Below are positions 63,951 to 64,000 of a DNA stretch of 64,000 nt, one piece after another. The stretch comes from Podarcis cretensis (lineage: Eukaryota). A program made the translations under genes and the position numbers. Location of the stretch: contig OX638150.1 in NCBI GenBank assembly GCA_951804945.1, positions 107,942,001 through 108,006,000 on the forward strand, in the 5' to 3' direction. Each line of letters starts with the position of its first letter. The first letter of the stretch is position 1. The notes under the pieces were generated by a model that was not told the origin of the DNA, did no database searches, and saw nothing but the letters and a program-made list of their open reading frames with translations.

Positions 63951-64000
63951 TCTTCCTCTTACTCTCTTCATCCCTTCTCTCCATTATGCCTTTTGCTATC

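Noticed and set aside
52500-64000. THUMPD3 terminal exons expected from mammalian synteny
   Set aside because: No recognisable THUMPD3 peptide found; probably beyond the window

Overview
Eukaryotic genomic DNA from a squamate, most likely a lacertid lizard (Podarcis/Lacerta type, judged from the Sauria-SINE and Squam3-type SINEs and the MITE families). The window holds the 5' part of SETD5 (Set3/KMT2E-subfamily SET-domain chromatin regulator) on the minus strand. I reconstructed 17 coding exons from ATG 23918 down to 1275 (2829 nt, 943 codons, all phases consistent); the remaining 3' exons lie beyond base 1. A probable non-coding exon 1 sits at about 50849-51035 in a CpG-island promoter. The promoter also has a plus-strand TATA box, at the position syntenic to the mammalian ROSA26/THUMPD3-AS1 divergent lncRNA. 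Most listed ORFs are spurious. Main observations: several candidate NMD (poison) cassette exons, a uORF just before the start codon, an alternative acceptor toggling the HCF-1-binding DHNY motif, a 39-nt microexon, a GC-AG intron, a half-PHD finger cut at an intron, nested TE insertions with readable chronology, a solo LTR and long hairpins. Homology calls rest on recalled SETD5/KMT2E sequences; no search was run.
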